Shown one piece after another: positions 50,707 to 61,045 of a DNA stretch of 64,000 bases. Each line of letters begins with the position of its first letter. The stretch's first letter is position 1. The notes beneath the pieces are model-generated. The model worked only from the letters and a program-made list of their open reading frames with translations. It did not search any database and had not been told where the DNA came from. Both the position numbers and the translations under genes were made by a program. Source of the stretch: Myxococcota bacterium (GTDB taxonomy: Bacteria > Myxococcota > XYA12-FULL-58-9 > JABJBS01); assembly GCA_036339465.1 (NCBI GenBank), contig JAYZAY010000026.1, positions 1 to 64,000 of the forward strand. The letters run 5' to 3'.

Positions 50707-52572
50707 GTGGACAATCATTCTAATAACGCCGAACCTAAAAAGCGCTACCGCGAAAAAATACGCGTCCTCCAAGAAAAAATCGACACCACTGAGAAAACGT
50801 CGCGTAGGGTCATCCACGCAAGACTCGGCTGTTTTTTACTCACCTGTCTGGCCGGCTATTTCACTTACACCGAAACACTCACAAGCGCACGATGGGCAGG
50901 CTTGACCACAGTTGGAACCGCGCTTTTTTTCGCACTGGTGCTGTGGCATCAACGCATACGCCACTCCCTCAAAAAACTTCTCTCCCTACGCAAAATCAAT
51001 CAGGAAGCACTCGACCGCATGGCCCGACGATGGGAAAAACTCCCCAAAATCCCCATCTCCGATCAATTACAAGAAGATCCCACCGCCGAAGATCTGGACC
51101 TCTTTGGAAGAGCATCCCTCTTTTCCCTACTGGGAACGGTGAGAACGCCCCATGGCCGACAGGCACTGGGACGATGGTTCCTCGATTTCGCATGCCCCAA
51201 GGAAATTTCGCGCCGTCAGAAAGCCGTGAAAGAACTCACCCCTCAATTGGAAATGCGTCAGGAATTCATTCACCGAGCAGACTCTCTACTCTCGGTAACC
51301 ACCGATCCACAACGATTTCTCAATTGGGTCGAGGAAGACGACACCTTCTCACCTCAAATCTTATGGTTTTGCTACGGACTCTCTTGGCTCTTATGGTTGG
51401 GCGTCATTCTCTATTTTTTGGGCCTCCTCAATCCCATGTGGATTCTTCTGAGTGTCGCCCTCAATACTCTCGTAAGCTTTGCTTATGTCGAACGCATTCA
51501 CGCCTCCTATGGTAGAGTCTCGTGTACCAAGGGCGAGTTTTCAAACTACAGCGAGCTTTTCCAACACCTGCAAGAGCAGGATTTTGCGTCAGACCTTAAT
51601 CTAGAATTGCAACAAGCGCTGGGCACCGACGAAAACTCAGCGGGCCATAGCCTCCGAAAACTCCAACTCATCATGGACTTCTCAGAGCTGCGATACGGAA
51701 GCTTTTGGTATTTGATGCTTCAAGGCCTAACCATGTGGGCCTTTTATATCTTCGGAAGTCTCATCCGATGGAGACGCCAATTTAAGTCCAAAATCCGGCG
51801 CTGGTTTGGTGCGGCGGGAGATTTCGAAGCACTGTGCTCCATAGCTGGTCTCAGCCATGACCACCCACAGTGGTGCTTCCCAAAGATTGACAAGACCCCT
51901 GAAATCTACGGAGAAGCAGTTGGACATCCATTGCTTCCGCACGAAGAGCGCGTTGCCAACGACCTACCCCGTCTCATAAAAGGACAATTCTTGATTGTCA
52001 CCGGTTCAAATATGTCGGGTAAAAGCACACTCCTCCGCTCGATCGGATTAAACCTCATTTTAGGAAGAATTGGTTCACCTGTTTGTGCCCGGGGATTCAC
52101 CATGCCCGCCCCTATTTTGGCCACCAGTATTCGCGTCAAAGACTCCCTAGCTGACGGAGTGTCACTTTTTATGGCCGAGCTCTTGCGGCTTAAGGAAGTC
52201 ATTGAAATAGCAAAAAGAGAACACCAAAGCGATGCAATAGTGGTTTGTCTCTTAGATGAAATACTGAGGGGAACAAATGCCACTGAGCGTCACATCGCGG
52301 TAGTCCATGTTATTCAAGAACTTTTATCTTCTGAAGCCACTGGCTCCATCTCCACCCACGACCTAGCGCTCCCGAGCGTTCCGGAATTAAATCCCGTGAC
52401 ACATACCGTGCATTTCCGAGAAATCATTCACGAGGACACAAGCAATCCCAAAATGGAATTCGACTATATCATCAGAGAAGGCGTCTCAACCACCGTTAAT
52501 GCCTTAAAATTATTGCGAATCGTGGGCATCACAAACACTCCCCCCCCTCAACAACCGGCATCCGAAAATTAA
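50707..52572 (+). CDS. Membrane-anchored MutS-related ATPase (MutS domain V)
   Basis: N-terminal TM helices; DLDLFG; TGSNMSGKST Walker A; DSLADGVSLFMAEL; LLDEILRGTN; STHD. Confidence 0.9.
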   Translation: MDNHSNNAEPKKRYREKIRVLQEKIDTTEKTSRRVIHARLGCFLLTCLAGYFTYTETLTSARWAGLTTVGTALFFALVLWHQRIRHSLKKLLSLRKINQEALDRMARRWEKLPKIPISDQLQEDPTAEDLDLFGRASLFSLLGTVRTPHGRQALGRWFLDFACPKEISRRQKAVKELTPQLEMRQEFIHRADSLLSVTTDPQRFLNWVEEDDTFSPQILWFCYGLSWLLWLGVILYFLGLLNPMWILLSVALNTLVSFAYVERIHASYGRVSCTKGEFSNYSELFQHLQEQDFASDLNLELQQALGTDENSAGHSLRKLQLIMDFSELRYGSFWYLMLQGLTMWAFYIFGSLIRWRRQFKSKIRRWFGAAGDFEALCSIAGLSHDHPQWCFPKIDKTPEIYGEAVGHPLLPHEERVANDLPRLIKGQFLIVTGSNMSGKSTLLRSIGLNLILGRIGSPVCARGFTMPAPILATSIRVKDSLADGVSLFMAELLRLKEVIEIAKREHQSDAIVVCLLDEILRGTNATERHIAVVHVIQELLSSEATGSISTHDLALPSVPELNPVTHTVHFREIIHEDTSNPKMEFDYIIREGVSTTVNALKLLRIVGITNTPPPQQPASEN

Positions 52573-53006
52573 CCAAGCGCCCGACTGGATTTGATTCATC
52601 CCGTAGGCCTCTTCCCCGTGAGCTTCATCGATTCCAACACTTGGCCCGCGCCCTCTAAACCGCAAATTTCTTATCCCCTTAAGCTATCAGTCGCCTTGTG
52701 CATCCAACCACTCTTGTCAAAGAGCACTACACTCTGCCTGCATATCCATAAAACATAGCCCCATCAGAAAACGACTGTGAATATTAACAAAGCCCGGTGC
52801 CAAATCACCAAAGTGAGAAAATCTACTCATTATAAGAATTTCACCAAACCCCCTACGGAGATCAAACAACTCTTAAAACCGGGGATAGAATCTTTTCCAT
52901 AAGAAACGAAGATGACGATAATTGTGACCACGAAGACTTCAGCATTAGCCCCCAAAGAAAAATATTTGAGGGTTTTGATGCGATAATATTTCCTCTCTTA
53001 AAAGGA

Positions 53007-53567
53007 TCAGCCCACGCTTGCTCGCCAAAAAGAAACTTCTTCGGGTTTGCCACGGTACAATGCTCCAAATAAATCCAGGTGAATCATGTAAAGACGGGTA
53101 TCAAACTCCAGCTGATGGTAGTCGGGTTCCATATGCACACAAAGTTTGTAGAAGGCTTTGTTGTGGTCTTTCTCACGTAAATGCGCCAGTTCATGCACCA
53201 CAATCATCCTCAAAAAATCCTCTGGGGCCAACTTGAAGAGGGATGCCACTTTAATTTCATTTTTCGTTTTGAGTTTCGCGCCCTGGACCCTTGAGACAAA
53301 GGTATGTAAACCCAAAGCCTGATTGACCGTGTGGATCCGGTCATCGTAACAGATCTTACTAACAGGTGAGGCCTTCCGGAGATAATGTCGTTTCAACTCC
53401 GTCGCGTAGCTATGGAGAGCTTTGTTGGTTCGTATGTCATGGGTCGTCGGATATTTTTCAAACAGATGGTCTCCCAAGCGGTTGGTGTCGATCAAACGCC
53501 GTACCGACTCGATGGTTTTCTCGGAATAACCTGCAACATACTTAAGTTGGTCCATAAACGCTTCCAA
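53007..53567 (-). CDS. YgjP-like M48-family metallohydrolase (UTP pyrophosphatase-like)
   Basis: FLRMIVVHELAHLREKDHNKAFYKLCVHMEPDYHQLEFD; the true start may be the ATG at 53555. Confidence 0.88.
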   Translation of the reverse strand: MEAFMDQLKYVAGYSEKTIESVRRLIDTNRLGDHLFEKYPTTHDIRTNKALHSYATELKRHYLRKASPVSKICYDDRIHTVNQALGLHTFVSRVQGAKLKTKNEIKVASLFKLAPEDFLRMIVVHELAHLREKDHNKAFYKLCVHMEPDYHQLEFDTRLYMIHLDLFGALYRGKPEEVSFWRASVG

Positions 53568-53779
53568 TCACAAAGATTCGTACTTGTCAGGGCCAATTGA
53601 AGTGATCTTTTGAAGAATGCCGGGCTGTTTAAGGCGAATTCCCGGAGCAACCATGGCCCGAGGAGCGGATCGTCTCTAAAAAGGTACCTGCAGAGGCAAA
53701 GAACCACCAGCCCCTAAAATTCGGTGAGCTTAAGACAATGGTGGAAGGAAGAAAAGACGTGTAGAAGTGGAAGGGAAAA

Positions 53780-55168
53780 TTAAGAAGCTTCGCTCAAAGC
53801 TAAACGGTGCTCTTCAACAGCCGCTTCCATATCTTTTTGAATTTCCTTCAGGCGTATTTCAGTTTCAGCCTCAAATCGTAAAACAAGAATTGGCTGAGTA
53901 TTGCTGCAACGAACCAGACCCCACCCATCTTCCCATTCCACACGAGCACCATCGAGATCGATCACCTTAAAAGCTTCGATCTTGGCCCGTTCTTTATAGC
54001 CATCGGTCAAACGCGCCACCAGATCAAACTTAAGGGATTCTGGGCAATCCATTCGCAGCTCTGGCGTCGAAACGGTTTCCGGTAAATCACTTAAAAGCGC
54101 ATCGATCCCCTGGTCTGTTTCCCCTAATATCTCGACCAGACGAGCCGCGGTATACGTAGCATCATCGAATCCATAGTATCGATGTTTGTAGAAAATATGC
54201 CCCGACATCTCTCCGGCAAGGGCGGCGGATTCCTCTTTGATTTTCGCCTTAATAAAGGAATGGCCCGTCTTCCACATAATGGGCCGGCCACCGTTTTTCT
54301 TGATGTCGTCGTACATGAGCTTGGAGCATTTCACCTCACCGATAATCACAGCACCGGGCTCTTCCTTAAGTAAAGCACGGCTCAATAGAATCATAAGCTT
54401 ATCACCCCAAATCACCGCCCCCGAAGCTGACACCACACCTATCCGGTCCGCATCACCATCAAAAGCCAATCCAATATCCGCACCATATTCTAAGACTGCT
54501 TTTTTGAGGTCCTCAAGATTCTCCTCAACGGTTGGATCCGCGTGATGATTCGGGAACGAACCATCTGGCTCACAAAAAATCCCCGTAACTTTGCAACCTA
54601 GATTTTCGAGAACCGGCACCGCTGTTAACCCACCCACACCATTGCCCGCATCTACAACCACCTTCAGATTTCGGCTTGGCTTATGGATATTGTCTGTGAC
54701 CTCTAAAATATAAGCAGGTAAAATATCCCTGGGTTCGGAGCTTCCCTCACCATGGATATAATCTTCCGTTTCAATCATCCGGTGGAGTCCTTGAATCGCT
54801 TCTCCGTGGAGAGAATCCCCAAGCATGGTCAATTTGAAACCGTTGTATTCGGGTGGATTATGACTACCGGTAATAGCAACGCCACCATCGGCTTTTAAAT
54901 GGTGAATGGCCCAATAGACCGATGGGCTAGGCACCATCCCAATATCAAAGACAAAACAACCAGAATCGGTTAGGCCATCGCGCATCCTCAAAGCCAATTG
55001 GATGCCAGAAGGTCGACAATCCCGGCCAACCACAATGGTCTTACCACCATCCCTAATTAAACGAGAACCAACAGCTCTCCCCAAGTGGTAAGCGAAATCG
55101 GAGGTGAGTTCCGTTTCTACAATCCCGCGAATATCGTACGCCCGAAAAATTTCCTTTGTCACATCCAC
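53780..55168 (-). CDS. Phosphomannomutase/phosphoglucomutase
   Basis: IFRAYDIRG, ITGSHNP, FDGDADR, GEMSGH and RCSNTQP motifs. Confidence 0.96.
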   Translation of the reverse strand: MDVTKEIFRAYDIRGIVETELTSDFAYHLGRAVGSRLIRDGGKTIVVGRDCRPSGIQLALRMRDGLTDSGCFVFDIGMVPSPSVYWAIHHLKADGGVAITGSHNPPEYNGFKLTMLGDSLHGEAIQGLHRMIETEDYIHGEGSSEPRDILPAYILEVTDNIHKPSRNLKVVVDAGNGVGGLTAVPVLENLGCKVTGIFCEPDGSFPNHHADPTVEENLEDLKKAVLEYGADIGLAFDGDADRIGVVSASGAVIWGDKLMILLSRALLKEEPGAVIIGEVKCSKLMYDDIKKNGGRPIMWKTGHSFIKAKIKEESAALAGEMSGHIFYKHRYYGFDDATYTAARLVEILGETDQGIDALLSDLPETVSTPELRMDCPESLKFDLVARLTDGYKERAKIEAFKVIDLDGARVEWEDGWGLVRCSNTQPILVLRFEAETEIRLKEIQKDMEAAVEEHRLALSEAS

Positions 55169-55170
55169 AA

Positions 55171-55782
55171 CTAAACTCCCAATTCCCTCATAATCTCTTT
55201 TTCCAGCAGCTCAAGGAGGTTTTGAGCATTATTAATAGAAATACGACCAAGGGCGCGCTTGTAGGCCTCATCGTAAACATCCCCTAATTCATCCGCCGCT
55301 CCGATCCGCACCAAATCACTCAAAGCCCGGGTATTCGAATAAGCATCACCCATTGAAGCCGGCGGTTCACCTATCCGAGAAGGATACCCATAAACCCGAG
55401 CCACGTTCCCAAGTCGCGACAACTCAGACAATTTCCGGTAATGCCGTTTTTTCTCCAAGCGACGAATATGATCAACCCGGATTATGCGATCAGACATCTT
55501 TTGGCTGCTTACATATTTGGCAAGCGCATCCAGGCGTCCCCGCCGCGAATAGTGCTTGATGATTTCGCTATCACGCGCCCGTTCTGGCCCGCTCCGCAAA
55601 TCGGGAGCTTCATTGATTCCCAAATTACGGGCCAAATACGAACCCCGCCGAATCTTCGGTTTTCGAGTCAACAATTCCTTCACAGACGGCTCATTCTTTC
55701 CCTCCCCCTGCTGCCCAGAAGACAACCCGGGAACGAAACAAATCACCATAAATCCCAAAGTAATCACAATAAATCTTGCCAT
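55171..55782 (-). CDS. Exported hypothetical protein
   Basis: Signal-like N-terminus; tightly coupled between manC and the PMM gene. Confidence 0.65.
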   Translation of the reverse strand: MARFIVITLGFMVICFVPGLSSGQQGEGKNEPSVKELLTRKPKIRRGSYLARNLGINEAPDLRSGPERARDSEIIKHYSRRGRLDALAKYVSSQKMSDRIIRVDHIRRLEKKRHYRKLSELSRLGNVARVYGYPSRIGEPPASMGDAYSNTRALSDLVRIGAADELGDVYDEAYKRALGRISINNAQNLLELLEKEIMRELGV

Positions 55783-56846
55783 TTATTTTCCTCTATCACC
55801 TTAACAACATCGCGAACGCGTTGTCCCATTTCACGGGGTAAAACCAAGGTTGCCTTCTGAGTATGCACAACGATTAAATTCTCACAACCAAGGGCTGAGA
55901 CCACCCCACCATCGGTGGCAATGAGCGTGCAGTTCTTATTGTCCATGGAAATGGTTCTTCCTCGCCGCACATTCCCCTCTAGATCAGCCTCAAAAACATC
56001 GGGAAGGGCATCAAAACTTCCAACGTCAGACCAGCCACAATCCACGGGAATCACCGCAACTTTTTCCGCTCCTTCCATGACCCCATAATCGATGGAGACC
56101 GACGGTAAAGAGGCGTAGATTTCTCGAAGTAATTCATCAGAAATCCGGCCTGCTTCCCGTAGGGCTTCCTCCAAAACACCTAAACCAGAAGACAGGTCCG
56201 GCAATTGCCGTTGAATTTCATCCAAAATAATCTTCGGGCGACAAACAAACATACCCGCATTCCAAGAGTGCTTTCCAGAGGCAACAAACTCCTTCGCCAA
56301 TTCCAGGTTCGGTTTTTCTAAAAACTCCGCCACCTCAAACGCACACGCTCCCAAAGCATCACCCCTACGGATGTAGCCATATCCCGTTTCCGGTTTATTC
56401 GCTTCGATTCCTAAAGTGACAATATAATTGTCCCGAGCGATACGTGCTGCCTCAGCCAACGCATCACATAAGGCCTGTGGCGCACCTACATGGTGATCCG
56501 CAGGCAAGACAATCATCACCGAATCTGGATCTTTGACTTGTAGATGGAGGGCAGCCAATCCGATGGCGGCAGCGGTATTCCTCTGAATTGGCTCAGCAAG
56601 AAATTGTGCTGCGGGAATACTGGGTAAAACCGCCCGAGAACCTTCTACCTGAGACTCATGCACAACCAACCAACTGTTGGAATCTTTAACAAAGCCAGAG
56701 AGGCGTTGAACCGTGGCCTGAAGAAAAGTTGGGCTCCCGGCTTCCCAAGTAACCAATTGCTTCGGGCGCTCACAAAGAGACATAGGCCAGAAGCGCGTGC
56801 CTGAACCGCCAGCCATAATGACCGCATAGAGTGAGTTGTCTTCCAT
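55764..56846 (-). CDS. manC: Mannose-1-phosphate guanylyltransferase
   Basis: IMAGGSGTRFWP, EPIQRNTA, PADH, ETGYGYI, SIDYGVME and WSDVGS motifs; start approximate. Confidence 0.95.
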   Translation of the reverse strand: MEDNSLYAVIMAGGSGTRFWPMSLCERPKQLVTWEAGSPTFLQATVQRLSGFVKDSNSWLVVHESQVEGSRAVLPSIPAAQFLAEPIQRNTAAAIGLAALHLQVKDPDSVMIVLPADHHVGAPQALCDALAEAARIARDNYIVTLGIEANKPETGYGYIRRGDALGACAFEVAEFLEKPNLELAKEFVASGKHSWNAGMFVCRPKIILDEIQRQLPDLSSGLGVLEEALREAGRISDELLREIYASLPSVSIDYGVMEGAEKVAVIPVDCGWSDVGSFDALPDVFEADLEGNVRRGRTISMDNKNCTLIATDGGVVSALGCENLIVVHTQKATLVLPREMGQRVRDVVKVIEENKWQDLL

Positions 56847-56910
56847 CAACTCCTGATAGCACGGGCCAATCACGGATAAAAGCTGAAGCGGTCACAATTG
56901 CCGTAGAGTG

Positions 56911-57477
56911 TCAATCGGCTAGAAATTCTAGGAGTTCTCTCAAGATGAAAGCGGTGGCTCCCCATATGAATTCATCATCATAGGTAAGACTCCAAAGTTG
57001 AATCATAGCGCCACGGTGTTGGTAGGTTTGGCGCTCCCACCGACTAAAATCGGAAACAACAGCGTAGGGAACCAGGAATGCTCGTTCCACTTCCATGGGA
57101 TTAGGTTCGAGATTCTCTACACTTCTAATCCGGCCAACATAGGGGGTTATGTGAAATCCGGTGATGGTATGCATTTCATGGAATTTACCAATAAGGTCTA
57201 GGTTGTCGGGTGATGTACCAAGTTCTTCACAGGTCTCACGGAGGGCAGCCGACGCAAGACTCTTATCTTCCTCATGCATCCCACCTCCAGGAAATGAAAC
57301 CTCACCTGCATGCTTGGCTAGGGCGGTGGAACGACGGGTCAGAAGAACCGAGACTCCGTCCGGAGAAATATGAAAAGGTATAAACACCGCTGCCCGCCGC
57401 AGGTCATGGGTCGACATTTCTCTGACTTTAAGCGCGTTTAAACGGGCAGACAGGTCCTCAAAACTCAAGATAGCCAT
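56911..57477 (-). CDS. Nudix hydrolase, CoA pyrophosphatase family
   Basis: LLTRRS..HAGEVSFPGG, Nudix box ALRETCEELG, NPMEV and IWGATA; start moved to the ATG at 57477. Confidence 0.92.
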   Translation of the reverse strand: MAILSFEDLSARLNALKVREMSTHDLRRAAVFIPFHISPDGVSVLLTRRSTALAKHAGEVSFPGGGMHEEDKSLASAALRETCEELGTSPDNLDLIGKFHEMHTITGFHITPYVGRIRSVENLEPNPMEVERAFLVPYAVVSDFSRWERQTYQHRGAMIQLWSLTYDDEFIWGATAFILRELLEFLAD

Positions 57478-58289
57478 AGAAGTCCCATTAGGCCCACTGG
57501 GATTACATACCAACAAAAATGCGTAAAATAGCCCTTTCGAATCATGGGAATGAGCAGACGAATGGCGATTCCACCGGATAGTGCGGCCGCCAGGCCTCCC
57601 ACCAGAAGATGTGACCAATCAACACCGTGCCCAACCTCTAAGACATCGAGGATTTGGAGTAGCGCCGCCCCCAGAATAGCTGGAATGGATAAAAGAAATG
57701 AAAATTTCGCCGCTTCGGCCCTTTCAATGCCCAACCAGAGAGCCAATGTAATGGTCGCCCCACTTCGACTGATACCGGGCAGAACCGCACAGCCCTGAAT
57801 ACAACCAATCAAAAAGGCATTCCTATAACTAAGAGTCTCAAGACCCCCTTCACCCACATAGCGAAGACTAAAGAGCAACCCGCCGGTTACCAGTAGCATC
57901 GCAGAAGCGAAACCCGGCGTACTCACATCATCCCAACCTAATTTCTTGATCCCCAATCCCAACACTGCCGTGGGCAGCGAACCGATAACCATGGCCACAA
58001 AAAGATGAGACCCTTTCTGAATTTGAGCCGGCTCGACCACCAAACTGGGTGGCCCAATTCGAGTCAGAATTCGAGCCACGCAGCTCCGAACAATGAGGAT
58101 GATGTCAGATCGGTAATAAACCAACACCACCAAAAGGGTGGCCACGTGAACCGCAATATCGAAAACGAGGTGAGATTCAGAGAGGCCTAGTACCGCCCCT
58201 CCCAAGGTAAGGTGCCCGGAACTGGAAACGGGAAGGAACTCTGTCAGACCTTGAATCAGGCCCAGAATAATCGCCTCCCACCAATGCAG
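57465..58289 (-). CDS. uppP: Undecaprenyl-diphosphate phosphatase, probable CTG start
   Basis: In-frame extension upstream of the ORF-track start gives LHWWEAIILGLIQGLTEFLPVSSSGHL (conserved BacA/UppP motif); PGISRSG and FSFLLSIP follow. GGAGG (58300-58296) lies 6 nt before CTG at 58289. Confidence 0.9.
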   Translation of the reverse strand: MHWWEAIILGLIQGLTEFLPVSSSGHLTLGGAVLGLSESHLVFDIAVHVATLLVVLVYYRSDIILIVRSCVARILTRIGPPSLVVEPAQIQKGSHLFVAMVIGSLPTAVLGLGIKKLGWDDVSTPGFASAMLLVTGGLLFSLRYVGEGGLETLSYRNAFLIGCIQGCAVLPGISRSGATITLALWLGIERAEAAKFSFLLSIPAILGAALLQILDVLEVGHGVDWSHLLVGGLAAALSGGIAIRLLIPMIRKGYFTHFCWYVIPVGLMGLLWLS

Positions 58290-58313
58290 GGCAAACCTCC
58301 CAAGTTGAGAATT

Positions 58314-59471
58314 CTAGCCGTGAACAAACGCAGCCAAAGATTCAGCCCGATCCGTCTTTTCCCAAAGAAAATCCTTTTCTTCACGGCCAAAATGACCATA
58401 GGCCGCAGTTCCTCGGTAAATTGGCCGAAGAAGCTCAAGTTGTGCAATAACCTGAGCAGGTTTCGCGGGGAAAAGTTCCCGAACCGCAGCTTCAATTTTG
58501 GTTTCTTCTGCCGTTCCGGTTCCAAAGGTATCGACCAAAATCGATACTGGCTCAGCCACACCAATGGCATAAGCCAACTGCACCTCACATCGACTGGCCA
58601 ATTTCGCCGCGACGATGTTCTTGGCCACATAACGTGCGTAGTAAGCGGCGCTGCGGTCGACCTTACTTGGATCCTTTCCGCTGAACGCTCCACCCCCATG
58701 CCGTCCCATACCACCGTAGGTATCAACGATGATTTTTCGGCCCGTCAAGCCCGCATCGCCCATGGGACCACCCACAATAAATTGGCCCGTTGGATTGATA
58801 AAAAACTCAATTTTATCGGAACGAAGATTTTCGGGAATAATAGGATAGACCACCTCAGCAAGGACAGCGTCACGGAGATCCTCTTGTTTCACGTCGGGAG
58901 AATGCTGCGTTGAAATAACAACGTTGGTCACTTCTACGGGCTTGCCATTCGCATAACGGAAAGTCACTTGGCTTTTTCCATCGGGCCGGAGGAAATCCAA
59001 CGTATTATTATGGCGGACCTTGGCCAACTGCTTGGTTAACTTATGCGCATACATGATGGGCGCGGGCATTAATTCCGCCGTATCATCACAAGCATAACCA
59101 AACATCATACCTTGATCGCCAGCACCTTGCTCATGTTGGTCATCATCAACCCCCATGGCAATATCCGCCGATTGCTTGTCGATAGAAGTCAGGACCGCAC
59201 AGGTTTCCCAATCAAAGCCCATATCGCTGGAATTGTAACCAATTTCACGAATAGTATCCCGAACGACCTTGGGCATATCCACGTAACATGAGGTGGTAAT
59301 TTCACCGGCAATCACGGCCATCCCTGTTTTCACCAACGTTTCACAAGCCACTCGACCCTTCGGGTCTTGTCGCAAAATTTCATCCAAAATAGCGTCGGAT
59401 ATTTGATCAGACACCTTGTCGGGATGTCCTTCGGTCACGGACTCAGAAGTAAACAAAAATTCTCGGCTCAT
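58314..59471 (-). CDS. metK: S-adenosylmethionine synthetase
   Basis: [33 protein letters not shown] and GGAFSGKD motifs. Confidence 0.99.
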   Translation of the reverse strand: MSREFLFTSESVTEGHPDKVSDQISDAILDEILRQDPKGRVACETLVKTGMAVIAGEITTSCYVDMPKVVRDTIREIGYNSSDMGFDWETCAVLTSIDKQSADIAMGVDDDQHEQGAGDQGMMFGYACDDTAELMPAPIMYAHKLTKQLAKVRHNNTLDFLRPDGKSQVTFRYANGKPVEVTNVVISTQHSPDVKQEDLRDAVLAEVVYPIIPENLRSDKIEFFINPTGQFIVGGPMGDAGLTGRKIIVDTYGGMGRHGGGAFSGKDPSKVDRSAAYYARYVAKNIVAAKLASRCEVQLAYAIGVAEPVSILVDTFGTGTAEETKIEAAVRELFPAKPAQVIAQLELLRPIYRGTAAYGHFGREEKDFLWEKTDRAESLAAFVHG

Positions 59472-59549
59472 AATTAATTATCTCCACGTCTTAAAGGCCT
59501 AGCTACAAGAATCATTGATCTACCGTCATGCCGACCTTAATTCAATCCC

Positions 59550-61010
59550 TTATTTCTTCGTTATCTGCTTCATCATTTCTTGCTTTCGTTTTTCCGCATG
59601 AATATGCTGTCTGAGTTGTTCTTGTAACTGGGGCGGTAGGCTCTTGAGGACCGATGGGTCAAGATTGCCTAAACCTAAGGGAGGCGCCATTTTCTTAAAC
59701 GTCTCGATGCCTCCGAGAAGCCGGTCAACCGATCCTTTATCCACCCAATATCCGAGGCCATCCACATTGCCTCGGACCAAGGCCTCCTTTTTGTCACCGA
59801 ATTTTCGGACAGCTCCGACCCTTAGGCGCAATTTGCTACCATCGGCTTGAATCAAGTCAATAAACCTACGGTGTTTGGAAAGAACGCGGAAATCTCGTTT
59901 GCTTCCCCCTAGCCTTCCAGCCCTCAAAGCCTTCATGAATCCCAATCGGCGATCAACCATGGATGGGTCGAAAACAAAATCAGCTTTGGCTTTAGGGCGA
60001 GAACTTTCCAGCTGCCATTGCCCCTCAGCGGACCTCTTAAACCGAACGAATTTCTTGCCATCCTGCAACGTCAGCTGCTTGATTTCTCCTTCAATGAAAT
60101 CCATAGGATGTAGATTTCTGAAATCTTCGAGGGATTTGCGTAGACTCTTGGCAATGCTTAAAGGCAACAAGGCTTGGATACTCCGCTCCGAAACCCCCAT
60201 GAAAACATCACCCTCGGAATTCGTATTCAATCGTATACTAAGCTTCTCCGAGTGTCCTTTCAGCTGAACTTCAAGAAGAAAGCTCTCGTCGCGTTTCCCT
60301 TGCACCGCTGGCTCCTCAATGAACTCCTTGACCCGCAAACCTGCAATTGCATCCACCAATCCCACCTGGACCTTTTGGTCCACCCGAAAATCCGCCGGCA
60401 ACTTCATCGCTTCGGCAAAAGCGAGAATCCCGGCTTGGTCCCGAACCAAGGTCCACAAAGCTTGCCCTTTGAGTGTCGCCGACACTTTTTCGATATCGGC
60501 CCCACTGAATTTAAAGAGCTTTCGCTCCACCCAAGATGAGAGAGGTTTACTAAATTGATGGGGAAACACGCCCTTCACATGAAACACGCGGCCTTCAGAT
60601 CTCAAGTAGCTACCACCCTTGGCCGCTTTCCCCAGCCAAAAATCCGCCACCACCGTACCATCCTGGGATATATTAACCCGTAAAGCCTGTGCGTCATCCA
60701 ATTCGAAATCTGGAAACTTTGAGCTTCGTTCTGTGACCAAATTACTGGACTTCAGATTCCCAAGCGCTGCCAAAAGTCCCTGCACCGCAGCATCATTGGC
60801 TTCCCGTTTGCCCACAATCCAAAGCCCCTCGCGTTTTTCGAGCGCAATGGGATTCTTACCCGCTATCTCAATGCCCGTAACTTTCTCCGACGCCAGACCA
60901 GAGAAAGACAAACGCGCAATACCGCGCTCCGCTGGAGCATTACCTTTGATAACCCAAACCGCAATGAGCCCGATAAAAAGCACTCCAACTATCAACTTCC
61001 GATTCATCAT
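59550..61010 (-). CDS. DUF4340-like membrane-anchored protein of the Gld-type ABC operon
   Basis: N-terminal TM, repeated beta/alpha modules, and its position after a GldG homolog. Confidence 0.75.
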   Translation of the reverse strand: MMNRKLIVGVLFIGLIAVWVIKGNAPAERGIARLSFSGLASEKVTGIEIAGKNPIALEKREGLWIVGKREANDAAVQGLLAALGNLKSSNLVTERSSKFPDFELDDAQALRVNISQDGTVVADFWLGKAAKGGSYLRSEGRVFHVKGVFPHQFSKPLSSWVERKLFKFSGADIEKVSATLKGQALWTLVRDQAGILAFAEAMKLPADFRVDQKVQVGLVDAIAGLRVKEFIEEPAVQGKRDESFLLEVQLKGHSEKLSIRLNTNSEGDVFMGVSERSIQALLPLSIAKSLRKSLEDFRNLHPMDFIEGEIKQLTLQDGKKFVRFKRSAEGQWQLESSRPKAKADFVFDPSMVDRRLGFMKALRAGRLGGSKRDFRVLSKHRRFIDLIQADGSKLRLRVGAVRKFGDKKEALVRGNVDGLGYWVDKGSVDRLLGGIETFKKMAPPLGLGNLDPSVLKSLPPQLQEQLRQHIHAEKRKQEMMKQITKK

Positions 61011-61045
61011 TGATTCTCCCTCCCTAAAACCATCTCAATCATACC

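Noticed and set aside
57478..57618. ORF-track N-terminal extension of the Nudix gene
   Set aside because: It lies inside uppP; the ATG at 57477 gives a typical-length CoA pyrophosphatase.
58212..58913. 233-aa + strand ORF and the many other antisense or alternate-frame ORFs
   Set aside because: Shadow ORFs opposite well-supported genes (here metK and uppP), with no independent motifs.
59472..59549. Possible SAM riboswitch upstream of metK (minus-strand tgtagcta resembles part of SAM-II)
   Set aside because: Only a short word matches, and the required pairing and conserved flanks could not be built. An Rfam scan would settle it.
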